Origin: Felis catus | Taxonomy: Eukaryota | Assembly (NCBI RefSeq): GCF_018350175.1 | Contig: NC_058368.1 | Location: 202,990,001-203,054,000, forward strand | Length of the DNA stretch: 64,000 nt | Direction: 5' to 3' | In this document: one piece after another, positions 1 through 13,011 of the stretch | How the letters are laid out: the number at the start of each line of letters is the position of its first letter | Position numbering within the stretch: the stretch's first letter is position 1 | Notes under the pieces: model-generated | Told to the model about the DNA's origin: nothing | What the model saw: only the letters and a program-made list of their open reading frames with translations | Database searches by the model: none | Position numbers and translations under genes: made by a program

Positions 1-667
1 TATTTTATGTTGGTAATCAGCACTATCCCTTCCTTTCTCAGCTTGTCCCTTACTGCAGGGGCTGGAAGACTGGAAACCATGTTTTCCAGACTCACTCAAC
101 AGAAGGATTCTGGTTTAGTTTCCCTATGCAAGATTTGGAAGGAGGAAGAGAAACAGGACTACTATTTTTCCAGCGGGATTTGGGGAGGCCTAGGAACTTG
201 GCATTTAAACAAGAAAGGGGTTTGCCAGGTCCTCTCTGCATCCACCAGCAAATCACTCCTTTCAGGGCTGCAGACAACTGAAATCATTGGGGTATTTCCT
301 TGATGTCTTTGTAATTCATTATTTCTGTACATTGATTTAGTAAGCTGTGACTTTACCAAATCCATGTTGCAGTTCTAGTAGTTTTTTGGCAGTGTCTTTA
401 GGGTTTTTCTGTATATAGTATCATGGTATTTGCAAATAGTGAAAGCTTTACTTCTTCCTTACTAATTTGGTTGCTTTTTATTTATTTTTGTTGTTTGATT
501 GCTGTGGTAGCAATTTATTATTTCCTAAACATCACTATTGGCTTTTCCGATCTAGCTCCCTGAAACTTCTGACAGTTTTATGTGTCTCAAATTCCCTATT
601 TTAAGTCCCTTCCTGCCTGAAATATGTTAGAGTGGTATCTGTTTTCCTAATAAAACTCAAACTTACA
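1..667 (+). mobile_element. Old ERVL solo LTR (LTR33-like), interrupted by an L1 fragment
   Basis: GGGCTGGAAGACTGGAAACCATGTTTTCCAGACTC near the start and TCCCTTCCTGCCTGAAATATGTTAGAGTGGTATCTGTTTTCCT...TACA at the end resemble the recalled LTR33 consensus. Confidence 0.6.
310..512 (-). mobile_element. L1 ORF2 (RT region) fragment
   Basis: GTATATAGTATCATGGTATTTGCAAATAGTGAAAGCTTTACTTCTTCC is the antisense of the L1 ...LFADDMI... region; a similar segment occurs at ~49070-49120. Confidence 0.8.
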
Positions 668-907
668 GAACACCTAAAAAGAACCAGGATCCAGCCTCAT
701 ATAATATCCAGCCCCCTACCTGCATCAAAACAAAAAACAGCTTCTCACTGTTAAGTTACATAATCCAGGTTTATTTTCTCCTTAACAAGCTGGCAGGTTG
801 GCAAAAAACAGTAGGTAATGGCAATATATTTTTAGGGGAAAAATTCTTCATATTCTGAGTATTAGTCTTTGATTCTCTTGAGAATAACATCCTTCCTGAA
901 CTCATTT

Positions 908-1142
908 CGTATTTATTTATTTATTTAACTTGTTTTTATTTATTTATTTATTTATTTTTGAGACAGGGAGAGACAGAGCATGAACAGGGGAGGGTCAGAG
1001 AGAGGGAGACACAGAATCTGAAACAGGCTCCAGGCTCTGAGCTGTCAGCACAGAGCCCGACGCGGGGCTTGAACTCACGGACTGAGAGATCATGACCTGA
1101 GCCAAAGTTGGTCGCTTAACCAACTGAACCACCCAGGCGCCC
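908..1142 (-). mobile_element. Can-SINE (SINEC_Fc type)
   Basis: Full antisense SINE with (TTTA)n tail; TSD TGAACTCATTT at 897-907 and 1143-1153. Confidence 0.97.
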
Positions 1143-1374
1143 TGAACTCATTTTTTAAAAGCCTTCTTCAGTTTAGTATAATCACTGAAAATGTCCATGT
1201 CAAAATACTATGGAGAAGTAATTACAAACAGAACTTTTAAGATATATTGTAATAAGTTTGGAAGAATAAACACATAATAAATATAATGTTTGTGTATACT
1301 ACATACACATACAAGAAGCTGGAGAAGGGAGAGTAAGATAGAGAAATAGGTCTAAAACCAAAAGCCCAGTTGCC

Positions 1375-1417
1375 GGGGGACGGCGGGGGGGGGGGGGGGG
1401 AGGTGGGGGTGGGGTGG
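1375..1417 (+). repeat. G-rich tract (G5, G16, G5, G4); potential G-quadruplex
   Basis: GGGGGACGGC-G16-AGGTGGGGGTGGGGTGG read directly. Confidence 0.85.
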
Positions 1418-2759
1418 AGACATTAATTAAGCAGAGAGTCTTACTACCCAAGGGAGTGAAAAGATGTCCGCCTGGCCCTTGCATGAAGGTTATGGGTATG
1501 GAGGGCATATGCTGATTTCAGAGAGGAATCAGGTTTCACGAGTTGGAGATGCAGAGGAAAATTATTCTATTTTCAATTGTGAATTAATTGGACACTGTTT
1601 ATAGTCATAGGTTTATTAGTAGAACTGAGTTACTTTATAATTCAAGTGTGAAAAATGACCTTTTCTTTAGAAAACAATGCTGGCCTTATATTTCTAATAA
1701 AAGATTCTCTCATGTAAATGATCTTGTACTGTGGGAGCAAATTATCTTTAGACCTTCAAAAGGTACTATTAATGTGAAACGTCCCACTCCAAGAAAGTTA
1801 GATATCTTTGCAAGAAGGAATAAAGTATCATTTTTTTCATAGTTGAAAATGTTTACATAGCACCATAAAATTGTGAATTTTAAAAATGCTAATTATTAAT
1901 AATTATTCTTTTTATTTTTAATTAGAATAGGTTTCTTTGAACTGAGAATAGACGTATTTAATATTTCATGCCAGTATCTGTGACTGTAAGAGGAAACATA
2001 AAATAATAGTACAAGAAATAACTAGTTCATACTTTTAGGACTCAGTGAAAATGTTTATTCCTTTGGAATAATTTTATATACACACGACAAAGTGAATAGA
2101 TAAAAAGAAACTTAGAATCTAAATTAATGCATTATTGAATAGCTGGACAATGCATAAGTTGTAGAAATGCTGTAGAAAAATATGCAAACATAAGAAATTT
2201 GGTACCAGGAAACATTTTATCTGTAGTTTAGAAAGTTATGGACATTTTTTTTCTTTATATGCTGCAGAGTTTACTTCATTAACCTTAAGAAGAAAAAAAA
2301 ATTCTGTGTTTGTGGTCAGGCTGATGAATTCAGAGCCAGACAAAAACAGATACTATATAGATAGCTACTAAACATTTACACAAAGATATACCTGTACACT
2401 TATTTAATAAATCAACAACAGTAATAATAAGCCTTTATGAAATATAAACTAGCTACCCTATCACTAAGCAACAAATGTGCTTAAAACATTATGTGAGTTA
2501 ATAGGTATCAATTTAAGCTCCATTGTTTATTCAAAAGAGAGAAGGTCTAGATGACTTTTTGAATATAATATTATCAATTGAAAGAGAAAGTAAATCATAG
2601 TGGAAAAGTCAATAAACTATTTAAAACTTCAAATAAAAGCCATATTTAAATAGTTTGATACTAATACACACAACCTAGATTCAGCAACACATCTCTGTGT
2701 ATGCATGATTCAAAGCTATTTTGATCTCTTTCTTCTCCTTCCAGCATGTTATTTATTTT

Positions 2760-2838
2760 ATTTAACAACCATTTATATAGCACTTCCTATGTGCCAGACA
2801 CTTTTCAAAGTACTTTACTAATATCAACTCATTTAATG
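2760..2838 (-). mobile_element. MIR fragment
   Basis: CATTTATATAGCACTTCCTATGTGCCAGACAC...AACTCATTTAAT matches the antisense MIR 3' part. Confidence 0.75.
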
Positions 2839-4443
2839 ATAGGAGTTCTATTCAACTCTTAGTTTAATTATTCTACATTTATCTCTTTTTCTTCCCTTCA
2901 TGATTATAAAAGAAACAACAGCCTGCTTCAGATGTAATCTTAAAGCCAAGTGTGAGTTCATCACGGAAGGTACTGTATGTGATATTCCTTGCTATATTAT
3001 GATCTAATTATATGTTGGTATCCATGAAATTTCTGTGTGGAGTTGACCTTACTTGGGCAGTCCCCAAGGACTTACTTAAGTAGAGTACCAAGTCTATGGC
3101 TTTTACTTCTTCCAGTCCTTCCCTTGGTTATAATTTTCCACCATCGCCTGTTGCCCAAACCTCTACATTGTATGCAGTAGATCAAATTAATGTATCTAGA
3201 CTGGCCTTTCCCTATGCTCTTCCTGCAGAACACACTAGTCTTATGGGATTCTCTGATAAACAAAGAACAACCTAAAGACGGCATAATATTAGCAACAACT
3301 GTGTAAACTATTCTGTAAAAATATGAATTTTAAATGCTATGAGAAATCTGGCTGTTGTAAACATATTTGACTAAAATCTCCCTTCCCCATCTTAATTTTG
3401 AAATTAACACCTGTACAGATTCTGAACAATTAGTGTTCTAGAGAAGACATGTTGAGCAACGATGGTCTATATCAGGATTCGACACAAAAGTTTGGCTTGT
3501 TGTTTACCCTTCTTTTTTTTTTAGCAGGGCAATGGTGATGGCTTTATTTTTCAATATTCTGTCATCAGGACTTCCTGGTATGTGAGAAGTCATATATTTT
3601 ACCTGATAAAAAATGCAGTTGCAAAGCTCTAAATAAATCAGAAACTATTCTAAATACAGCCATTAATGCATGGCAGAGAATAGTCCAAGGTAAAATATAA
3701 CTACTTAAGCATTTCATCTGGCTTGTGTTTTGTCCAGATCCACATATGCCCCAAATGCAAAAACAAAATAAAAGTTATTTATGACACTATAAGTTGAGCC
3801 TTTGTCTAGACAGTATGCAATATAAATGAATATGAAATCTCAGCTATATTACCATGTGATAATTGATCAGCTGGCATATTGAATTACCTGCCATGGCGGT
3901 CATAACAATACCCACTTTAATTTGCAATATCAGCTTAGGCACATTTTTGTCTTTACACTGTGAACTTGTATAACTTTGAAATATTTCTGTGTGATTAATA
4001 TGTGAACATTTATTAATATTTATTATATTATCTACCTAATTATAATTTTTAATCACACTTTTATGAAAAAAACTGTAGTTCCTTCTTCCTATTAAATCAA
4101 TTAAATCAATACACATCTAATAACTTTGGTTTTTTGTAACATTTTTATTCTTGACAGAGTATTCTCTGGTTCTGCATATAACTGACATGATAATCAATAA
4201 TAATTAAGCAAAATCAAGCTCAAGCAATACAGAAATATTCTCCTGAGAGGCAATAAATCTCACTGGAAAAATTACCAGTCTAAGTGTCAAGAGGTGTAAA
4301 TTTATCCCTAATTCCACTTTTAACATATTAAGTGACCTTTCTTAAGTAACTTAATTTCTCTATAACTTTAGTTTTCTCACCAATACAAAGAAAAAATTCT
4401 TATACCTTGAAGACCTTTCTACATCTAAGATTCTATATTTCTT

Positions 4444-4941
4444 TTTTTTCAATATATGAAGTTTATTGTCAAATTGGTTTCCATACAACACCCAGTGCTC
4501 ATCCCAAAAGGTGCCCTCCTCAAAAGGTGCCATCACCCACCCTCCCCTCCCTCCCACCCCCCATCAACCCTCAGTTTGTTCTCAGTTTTTAAGAGTCTCT
4601 TATGCTTTGGCTCTCTTCCACTCTAACCTCTTTTTTTTTTTTCTTTCCCCTCCCCCATGGTCTTCTGTTAAGTTCTCAGGATCCACATAAGAGTGAAAAC
4701 TTATGGGATCTGTCTTTCTCTGTATGACTTATTTCACTTAGCATAACACTCTCTAGTTCCATCCACATTGCTACAAAAGGCCATATTTCATTCTTTCTCA
4801 TTGCCACGTAGTACTCCATTGTGTAAATAAACCACAATTTCTTTATCCATCCATCAGTTGATGGACATTTAGGCTTTTTCCATAATTTGACTATTGTTGA
4901 GAGTGCTGCTATAAACATTGGGGTACACGTGCCCCTGTGCA
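4444..4941 (-). mobile_element. Young 5'-truncated felid L1 (ORF2 C-terminus + 3'UTR)
   Basis: ORF 4676-4942 encodes TCTPMFIAAL...KCPSTDGWIKKLW (L1 ORF2 C-terminus); perfect 18-bp TSD TAAGATTCTATATTTCTT at 4426-4443 and 4942-4959. Confidence 0.97.
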
Positions 4942-5189
4942 TAAGATTCTATATTTCTTACATTTTAAAAGCACATATAGTACAATAGAGCAAGAAGTTA
5001 TGGGTTCAACTTAAGAGATATTGGCAAAATACAAATATTTTAATACTGTTATTACTTTAATTAGGAAGTCATGTTTAGGAAGCTCAAATTTACCTTTATA
5101 ACATTCTTTCTCCCTCTTTCTATCTCTGTCTCCATCTCTCTTTTTCATTCTCTCTCTCTTTCTCTGTCCTCTAAACAAAATAAGATTAT

Positions 5190-5570
5190 ACCAAAGACAT
5201 TATTCTGCAACTTGACTTTTCCTCCCAGTTAACTATGTATGCATGGATATTCTTTCCTTTTAGCACTTAAATATCTACCTCATTCTTTGTGATACAAGCA
5301 TAATGATCCATAACACAGATTCACCATGCCTTTTGATGGACATTCAGCTTTAGATTTTGTTTCCAATTTGTTGCAATTATAAGCAAGCTGTGATTCCTAT
5401 GTATCTCTAGAAGTAACAGCACTGGCACTCTTACTTTAATAAAAGTGATCTTTAGAAATTACATTGCTGAGACAAGGCATATACATGCTTTATATTTTAA
5501 GGGATAATATTTAATCTTCCCCAAAACATAGCAGGAATTCACACCCTTATCAAAGTCTCATGTGTCTTTT
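5190..5570 (-). mobile_element. Old L1 (L1ME-like) 3' fragment
   Basis: TTATTCTGCAACTTG, GATGGACATT, TTCCAATTTGTTGCAATTATAAGCAAGCTGTG resemble old L1 antisense motifs. Confidence 0.55.
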
Positions 5571-5864
5571 TGAGGACACTGAGGCTGGAATGGTGATATG
5601 GTCATTTTTCATTTTTAAAAGATGACCAAGGAGATAGAATAAAATTGAAACAGACCAAAGCCAAAAAAGAACCAGGAAGAAGTTATTGCTGGGTCTGAAA
5701 TATGATAAAATAAAAGTCCAAACTAGAACAGTGTTGAATGATTATAGAGAGCAGCCATGGGGATAGGTCTCTAGATGGACTTGCACTAAAGTTGATTGTT
5801 AGGTCATAAAATATGACCAACATTTTAAAGGTGAATTAAAATGAATTCAGTGTGTTCAGCTTTC

Positions 5865-6400
5865 ATCTTTTTATTCATTCCCTCAACAAATACTGAGCAC
5901 CTACAATATACCAAACTATTCGTTCTAAGCTCCAAGGTGACAACATTGAACAAAGTCCCTGTCCTTAAGAAGTTTAATATCTACTGAAAAACAAAAGACC
6001 AAAAAAACAAATAAGGTAATAATTGCATCAAAGAAAAATGAAGTAGGTAAGGGAGAGAGAAATAGCCTTGGAGACTAGGGCATTTTATTTTATTTTAATA
6101 TTTTTAATGTTTATATTTGGGGGTGGGGGGAAGAGAGAGAGAGAGAACGAACAAGTGAGGGAGGGGCAAAGAGAGGGAGACACAGAATCCGAAGCAGGCT
6201 CCAGGCTCTGAGCTGTCAGCACAGAACCCAACACGGGGCTTGAATCCACTGACCATGAGATCATGAGCTGAGCCAAAGTCAGGTGATCAACCAACTAAGC
6301 CACCCAGGCACCCCAAGACTGGGGCATTTTAAATGAGGTGATCAGGCAAAGCCTTTCATAGAGAATAAGATTAGAGCACAGATCTAAAGAAAACAAAATT
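5865..6400 (-). mobile_element. L2 3' fragment interrupted by a SINE
   Basis: TTCATTC...AACAAATACTGAGCACCTAC...GAACAAAGTCCCTGTCCT is the antisense L2 3' end; it continues after the SINE. Confidence 0.75.
6088..6314 (-). mobile_element. Can-SINE
   Basis: Antisense SINE; TSD AGACT(A/G)GGGCATTTTA at 6072-6087 and 6316-6331. Confidence 0.96.
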
Positions 6401-6421
6401 GAAAGCAATATAGATATAAAT

Positions 6422-6441
6422 GTGTATATTTATATTTATAT

Positions 6442-6472
<31 letters not shown>
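6422..6472. repeat. Imperfect (TA)n microsatellite
   Basis: Read directly. Confidence 0.85.
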
Positions 6473-9064
6473 CTACTATGTTTTCAGTAAATGAAACAAT
6501 AGTGATAGAAAACCTTATTTGATTTAGAGTTCTAACAATCTAAAGATAAGAAAAGATTATTAATTGGGAAAATTTTGGCACAATACACAATGGGAGTGTT
6601 TGGGAAACTAAAACAATAATGGATAATTTCAGACTCTGTTACTTAAAAATGCATTCAGTTAAATTTGTTAGTCATTTGTCATAAGAAGAGATCTTTGGGC
6701 AAATTAATAAATGGCCCTATTAAAATAGAGCTTATGAATCTGCTTACAAAAGCAAATGCTTTTAAAAATTACAGCCAGCTCATTAAAATAACAATGGCCA
6801 ATATAGAGACCCCTGGAGTTCCTGGTTGCTTTGCAGTGATTGTGTGTCCCTGCCCTTGTGGGAACGTCCTTTCCTTCCTCCTGGGTTATTTGGGCAGAGC
6901 TGCTTCTGTTCTAAATTCATATTGCATAACTGATTTCATAATGTTATTCTGTGCCCTCTGTGGTCCTTGTTGCATAGGTAATCAGGGTTTTATTTAGAGG
7001 GTGTAATGCAACAGATAGGACATTCATTCTCATGCTATGAAATCTAAGCCTCCAGAGGGTTGATTGTTCAGAATTGTTTAGTCTTCCTCAGACTAAGAAG
7101 TAAGAGTTAACAATACATTTTGAAAACAAACATAAGTAAGCCAGTGAAGACACATGATTATGTTAACTGTAATACCTATTTTCTTATCTTCTTGGAAAAT
7201 TTTAGATGAGACATTCTAGTCTTTTGTCTTAGTCAACTGCCTACTATTGTTTTTTGCCTTACAGGAGAGTTTCTTTATCTCTTCAGGTATGTGTATAATT
7301 GATAAATTTATTCATTTCACTGATTAAAGTTTATTTGGAGAGCATATTTTGCAGGGTTTTGATTCTAATCAGCTTTTACAGAATATCAGCTAGCCATGTG
7401 CCACACAAATAAATCACAGGGGAAAGAGAAGTGGACTTTTAAGATGTATTCAATAACAATTGAGTAAGGAATTTAGTTAGCAATTGAAATTTATAACTAA
7501 ATTTAAATCAGTTTCTAATTAAATCTTTCTAAGCCACAGATACATAAAAATTGGTTTCCTGCTATATAGAGATAACAGTCTAACCATACTTATTCATATT
7601 TATGTGACCATTCTTACATTTTGCTCTCTATAAAATAATATTTATTAATAAAATATATTTTCTCTGAACCACTATCTGTACTTTATGTTCAAACTGGATT
7701 TTTTTCTTTCTTATTATTTTGTCAAAATTTTTTTGGGCTTAGATATCATTTACACAATTTCAAATTTCTCCCTCCATAGCATTTTCAAATACCTCTCGCT
7801 TTCCACCTTCTAAAAGTTTCAGGTAATATAGAATCAAAAATGTGTGTTAAGGATATTTAATAGTGTCAAGAATGACACATGATGTGCAGAACATCTTCAG
7901 TGTATATCCATTGTAGAAATAATACTATATTTTATTTCATATTGAAGGTATGTGTAACACAAAATGACTGCCTCATGGAGTTTTGACCTTATATACATTC
8001 GTTCAAAATTCACATTGAAAACCCCAAATCGATCTTACCTTAATATTTATTCCCATGAATATTCATAAAGAAGAATATGATGCTCTCTCAATTTTGATTG
8101 ACTGTGTATGGAGTCCAATGCATGGTTACTTTCCATAATGTTTTTTGCCTCAAGTGACAAAAGTTTCAGTTTTTTAAATAAAGGAGAAAGTAATGACAAA
8201 TGCAATATGTATTTTATATTAAAATATGTGGGATTTCCAAATGCCAAAGGCAGAAAACTTTAATTAAAACACTTGTACTTTGAGAGAACGGAAAAAAAAT
8301 AATCTACATGTTTTAAGGAGGAAAGCAACAAAGAAATCATATCCTGAATCAGATATTAAAATTATCAGGGAAATATTGGTCTGCTTGTGATAGAAAATAT
8401 TCAACAAATAGTTTTTGATAATGCTTCTGCACTGGACTGTGAATCACAGGTTTTAACATAACATAGGTTTTACTATATAACAACGGTTCATCAATAACGC
8501 TAAGACCGAAGATTGATATAGGTTAGGGAAAACATCCTGCTAACTATCTGGAAACAAAGAATTTTATAACTGGGTGAGAGGAGTTTAGGTCAGATGTAGT
8601 CCAGAACTTATATTAAGTAACTTACTGTGTTGTGACTGCGGTTCTCAAACAGACTTATTTTTGTATCTTAAGACTTAACTTCTTCAAGTCACAAAATTAC
8701 CATTTAAGAAACTTTGAAAAGTAGTCCTTATGTTTAATTTGCCTAAATCTACTTGTAGTGCTATCAGTCAGCTAAGCATCTACCATTGTTCAGTCAATAG
8801 TACAAATTTATAACAAAAGGGAACTGGAATAATAACTTAGAGATATAATATTTAGTAATTAAGACTGTAAGTAAAATTTACTGAATATTTATATGAAACA
8901 ATGCTACTTAAAACTAAAATCTGTTCAATGTTTACACTCATTAAATTTTGCTCGAGCTGCCAGTTTTAAAAAAATGATGCCCCTATTATAATGCAAAAGA
9001 AATATAAAATAACTGTATTATAAAATATGTATTTTAATATTTAAATGTTTATCTATGACTAGCT

Positions 9065-9452
9065 CCTATGGACTGCATTGTGTCCTCCAAACCCCACTTC
9101 CCCAAACAAAAATGTTGAAGCCCAAATCCTCAATGTGGCTATTTTTGAAGATAGGCATTTAGGAGGTAACTGAGGTTAAATGAGATCATATAGGTGGTGT
9201 CCTAATCTGATAGGACTGATGAATTTCTAAGAAGAGGAAGGAGATCTCTCTCTCTCTCTCCTTGCCATATGAGGACACAGTGAGAAGGCAGCCATCTACA
9301 AGGCAGGAAGGGAGTTCTCACCAGAAAATGGCCTTACTGGCACCAAGATCAAGATCTTGGACTTCTAGCCTCCAGAATGATGAGAAAATAAATATCCTTG
9401 TTTAAGCCACCAAGTCTATGGCATTTTGTTGTGGAAGTTTAGGCCAGGATAC
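9065..9452 (+). mobile_element. MaLR solo LTR (MLT1A/B-like)
   Basis: CTATGGACTGCATTGTGTCC...GAGGTTAAATGAGATCATAGGTGG...GGACTTCTAGCCTCCAGAA...AATAAA...TTTAAGCCACC are hallmark MLT1 segments. Confidence 0.88.
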
Positions 9453-9529
9453 TGCCCTAGAAAACATAGTAAAATAGTCATATGCTTGCAACTGGAATTA
9501 TCATGAATGAGTCTGTAATTACAAATTAC

Positions 9530-9689
9530 TAGGGGTGTGGTGTATTGGTGACTCCAATGGCACAGGACATCTGTGCTGTGATTTTCTGCTCTGAATATCA
9601 ATAGTGCCCCCTGTGATAAGAAAAACTGCTCCCCAAAACATTTGCAAAGTACTGTCTGAGGGGTGGTAGTGCCTTATAGAGAACCACTG
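9530..9689. mobile_element. MER20-like hAT-Charlie remnant
   Basis: Ends in AAAAACTGCTCCCCAAAACATTTGCAAA...GAGAACCACTG, like the MER20 terminus. Confidence 0.55.
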
Positions 9690-12127
9690 ACAAACATTCT
9701 GAACAACACAGGTTTTGGAATTATGTAGAATACATTTGATTTTCAAGTGCACATGGAGCATTTTCTGGGATAAATCATGTTAGGCCATATCAGAGGTTTC
9801 CAAAAAATGTAGAAGGGTTGAAATAATATAAAACATGTTATCTCATCACACAAAAAATTATAAATCAATATAAGGAGTAAATTTTGGAAATTCACTTATA
9901 TTTTACAGCTGCAAATGTCTGTTGTCTGTTATTAAAACAGAAGAAAGATCTCAAGCCAACAGTATAAACTATCACTTTAATAAACTAAAAAAAATAAATA
10001 AATAAAGCAAGAGGAAAGCAGAGAAAATTTTGACTTATGCAGTAATAAATAAAATAGAACATTTAAAAAGTAAAGAAATTCAACAACACCAAAAGTTGTT
10101 TTTATTAACAATATTTTTTAAGTGACCAACTGTTGTCCAGATTAACCTAGTAAATAAAAGAGAAGCATCAAATTATTAAAATCAGGAATGAAAAAGGAGA
10201 AATCAATACCAATCTTACAGATATAAAAAGGATTTTGAGTCAATATGGTGAATAATCATTTTGTCAATAAGTTAGATAACCTACATGAAATGAACAAATT
10301 CCTAGAAACACAGACTATGGAAAGTGACTCAACAAAAAATAAGAAAACTGGGTAGACCTACAACAAGAGACTGAATTATTAATTGAAAAACTTCCCATGA
10401 AGAAAAGCATAGGCCCAGATGACTCTACTCTTGATTTCTATTAGGCATTTAAAGAAAAATGAACACCATGCTTTTACAAACTCTAAAAAACTGATTGAGA
10501 GGAAACACTACCACAATAATTCTATGATTGTTTTACTGTGACACCAAAACCAGACAAAGACATCACAAAAAAATTATAGAACATTCCTTATGAATACAGG
10601 TACAAAAACCCTTAACTAAATAAATATGATCAAATCAAATTCATCATTATATAACAAGCACTATACATCATAATCAAGTGAGATTTATCCTAGAAATCCA
10701 AGGATAATATAACATATGGAAATCAATTAATGTAATACATCATATTAATAAAATAAAAGAAGAAAAAAACACATGAACTTCTCAATAGATTCCAAAAAAT
10801 CATGTGACAAAGTCTAGCATGCTTCCATGATAAAAACACTCAATAATTCAAGAATAAAAGAGAACATCCTCAACCTGACATGATCATCAGTGACAAAGCC
10901 ATAGCTAATATCATAGTTAATGGTAAAAAGTTGAGTGCTTTTTTCTGGGATCAAGCACAAGGTGAAGCATCCATTCTTGCCACTTATATTAAACATTTTT
11001 TTAGAGCTCCTATTCAGGAAAAAGGGGGGAGAAGGAATCCTGATTGGAAAGGAATAAGGAAAACCGTCTCTCTTTGAAAATGTGATGATTTGGTATATAA
11101 AAATCTAATTTTTTACAATATTATAACTAATAAATGAATTTAATGTTTCAGAATATCAGGTAGAATACAAATATCCATGTATTTCTATACACTTTCAATG
11201 ACTCATCTGGAAGATTAAAGAAATAATTCCATTTGTATTAGCATCAAAAAAATACTTAGGGCTAAATTTAACAAAAAGAAACACTACACTGTAAACTATA
11301 AAACACCACTGAAAGAAATTAAGGAAGACCTAAATAAATGAAAATACATTTTGTGTGCATGGATTGGAAAACTTAATATTGTCAATATGGCAACGATCTT
11401 CAAATTGATCTACAGATTCAGCAAAATCCCTGTCAAAATCTAGCTGCTTTGCTGCGGAAATTAACAAGCTGATCCAAAATTCATACAAAAATACAAGAAA
11501 CTGAAATAGTAAAAAAAAAAAAATCTTTAAAAGGAATAAAACATTTGGAGTATTTCCACTTCCGAATTTCAAAATTTACTACAAAGCTGCAGTAGTCTGG
11601 ACAGAGTAGTATTGGCTTAGGATAAACATACAGATCAATATAATAGAATTAACAGTCCAAAAAATAAACACTTACATTTATGGTAAATTGATTTGCTACA
11701 ATGGTGCCAAAAAAATTAATAGGGAAACACTAGTGTTTTCAACAAAAAGTGCTGGAACAACTGTATATCCATTTGCGATAGATTGGAGTTAGATCCTTAC
11801 CTCACAACCACACCCAAAGAGTAACTTAAAATGGATCATAGGCTTAAGTAGAAGAGCTAAAACTATTAAACTGTTGGAAGAATTATAGGCATAAATCCTC
11901 ATGCCCTTGGGTTAAGCAGTGGTTTTAGAGATATGACACCAAAAACACAAGTGACAAAAAAAAAAGGTAGATCAGACTTTATCAAATTAAAAATGTGTGC
12001 ATCAAAGGACATCATAAAGGATAGATATAAAATGACAAGCCAAAAATGGAAGAAAATAGTTGCAACTCATGTATCCGAGAAAGGTCTAGTATATAGAATA
12101 TGTAAAGGACTCTCAAAACTCAACAAT
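9690..12127 (+). mobile_element. Old L1M ORF2 fragment (degenerate, with internal deletions)
   Basis: Continuous L1 ORF2 similarity; ORF fragments DKAIANIIVNGKKL (10880) and MTPKTQVTKKK...FIKLK (11933). Confidence 0.92.
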
Positions 12128-12722
12128 ATTAGAATTTTAGCTATGGGGCAGATGACTGTGGTCTGAGATGGTCAAAGAAAGAATCACATAACAATGGTGC
12201 CTGGGTTAGTCTCTAAAAATGGGGAAAGGAGAAATATAGAGGAAAGAGATTTCAAGCAAAATAACTATGCATTACTCATAGTCCATTTGGTTAACCATAT
12301 CTATATCTATATATTTTTACATGTATATTTCTAATTGTCTCTTGAGGACATTGGCATTGTATTCCTTATAGTATTTATCAAAAATATTTATCATATTCAA
12401 TGACTGATCAGATAAAATATATAGAGATATAATTTTTATCCAAAAAAAATCCATTTTTCATATACACTGGGGTTCTTAGAAGTAACAAACAATTTTGTTC
12501 AAATGATATAATTATAAGATGTATTACCTGCATAGTGTAGAGTATTTTCTGACTTTCTAGTTTAAAAACAACAACAACAAAGGACAGCCATATTTTCTGA
12601 AACAAAAGCAAGACATAGGGTCTAACATGTGGAAGAGAGGGGATATTTTACATTGGAGCTGACTGTGGATATATGCCATTGTTCAGTGTATAATACAAAA
12701 TTAAAGAAACTTTGGTGACACA

Positions 12723-12950
12723 GAGACCTGGCTTCTGGACTTGTTCTCACCCTTATTAATAAGTTTATCTTTGAACAATTTACTTAATCTTCCAGTGCCT
12801 CATTTTCTTCACTTACAAAGTAGAAGAAATAACCAATTCAGCATCATGGGCCTGTGGCAAAAAATAAATAAAAAGAGAAAATCCTGCTAACGTGCTTACA
12901 CTGTACTGGGTACAAAGAAAATGCTAAGTCAATTTTAGCTATCGTTATTA
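12723..12950 (+). mobile_element. MIR
   Basis: TTTGAACAATTTACTTAATCTTCCAGTGCCTCATTTTCTTCACTTACAAAG matches the MIR core. Confidence 0.75.
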
Positions 12951-13011
12951 CCGTGTAGTTGTAGAGTAAAATTATCTTTGTGAAGAGTAGGTTATTACAA
13001 TAAGTCACTTT

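Noticed and set aside
1299..1508. Proline-rich ORF
   Set aside because: Translation of the G-run on the opposite strand
6665..6997. 110-aa Cys-rich ORF
   Set aside because: Starts at TTG, no recognisable family; more likely non-coding
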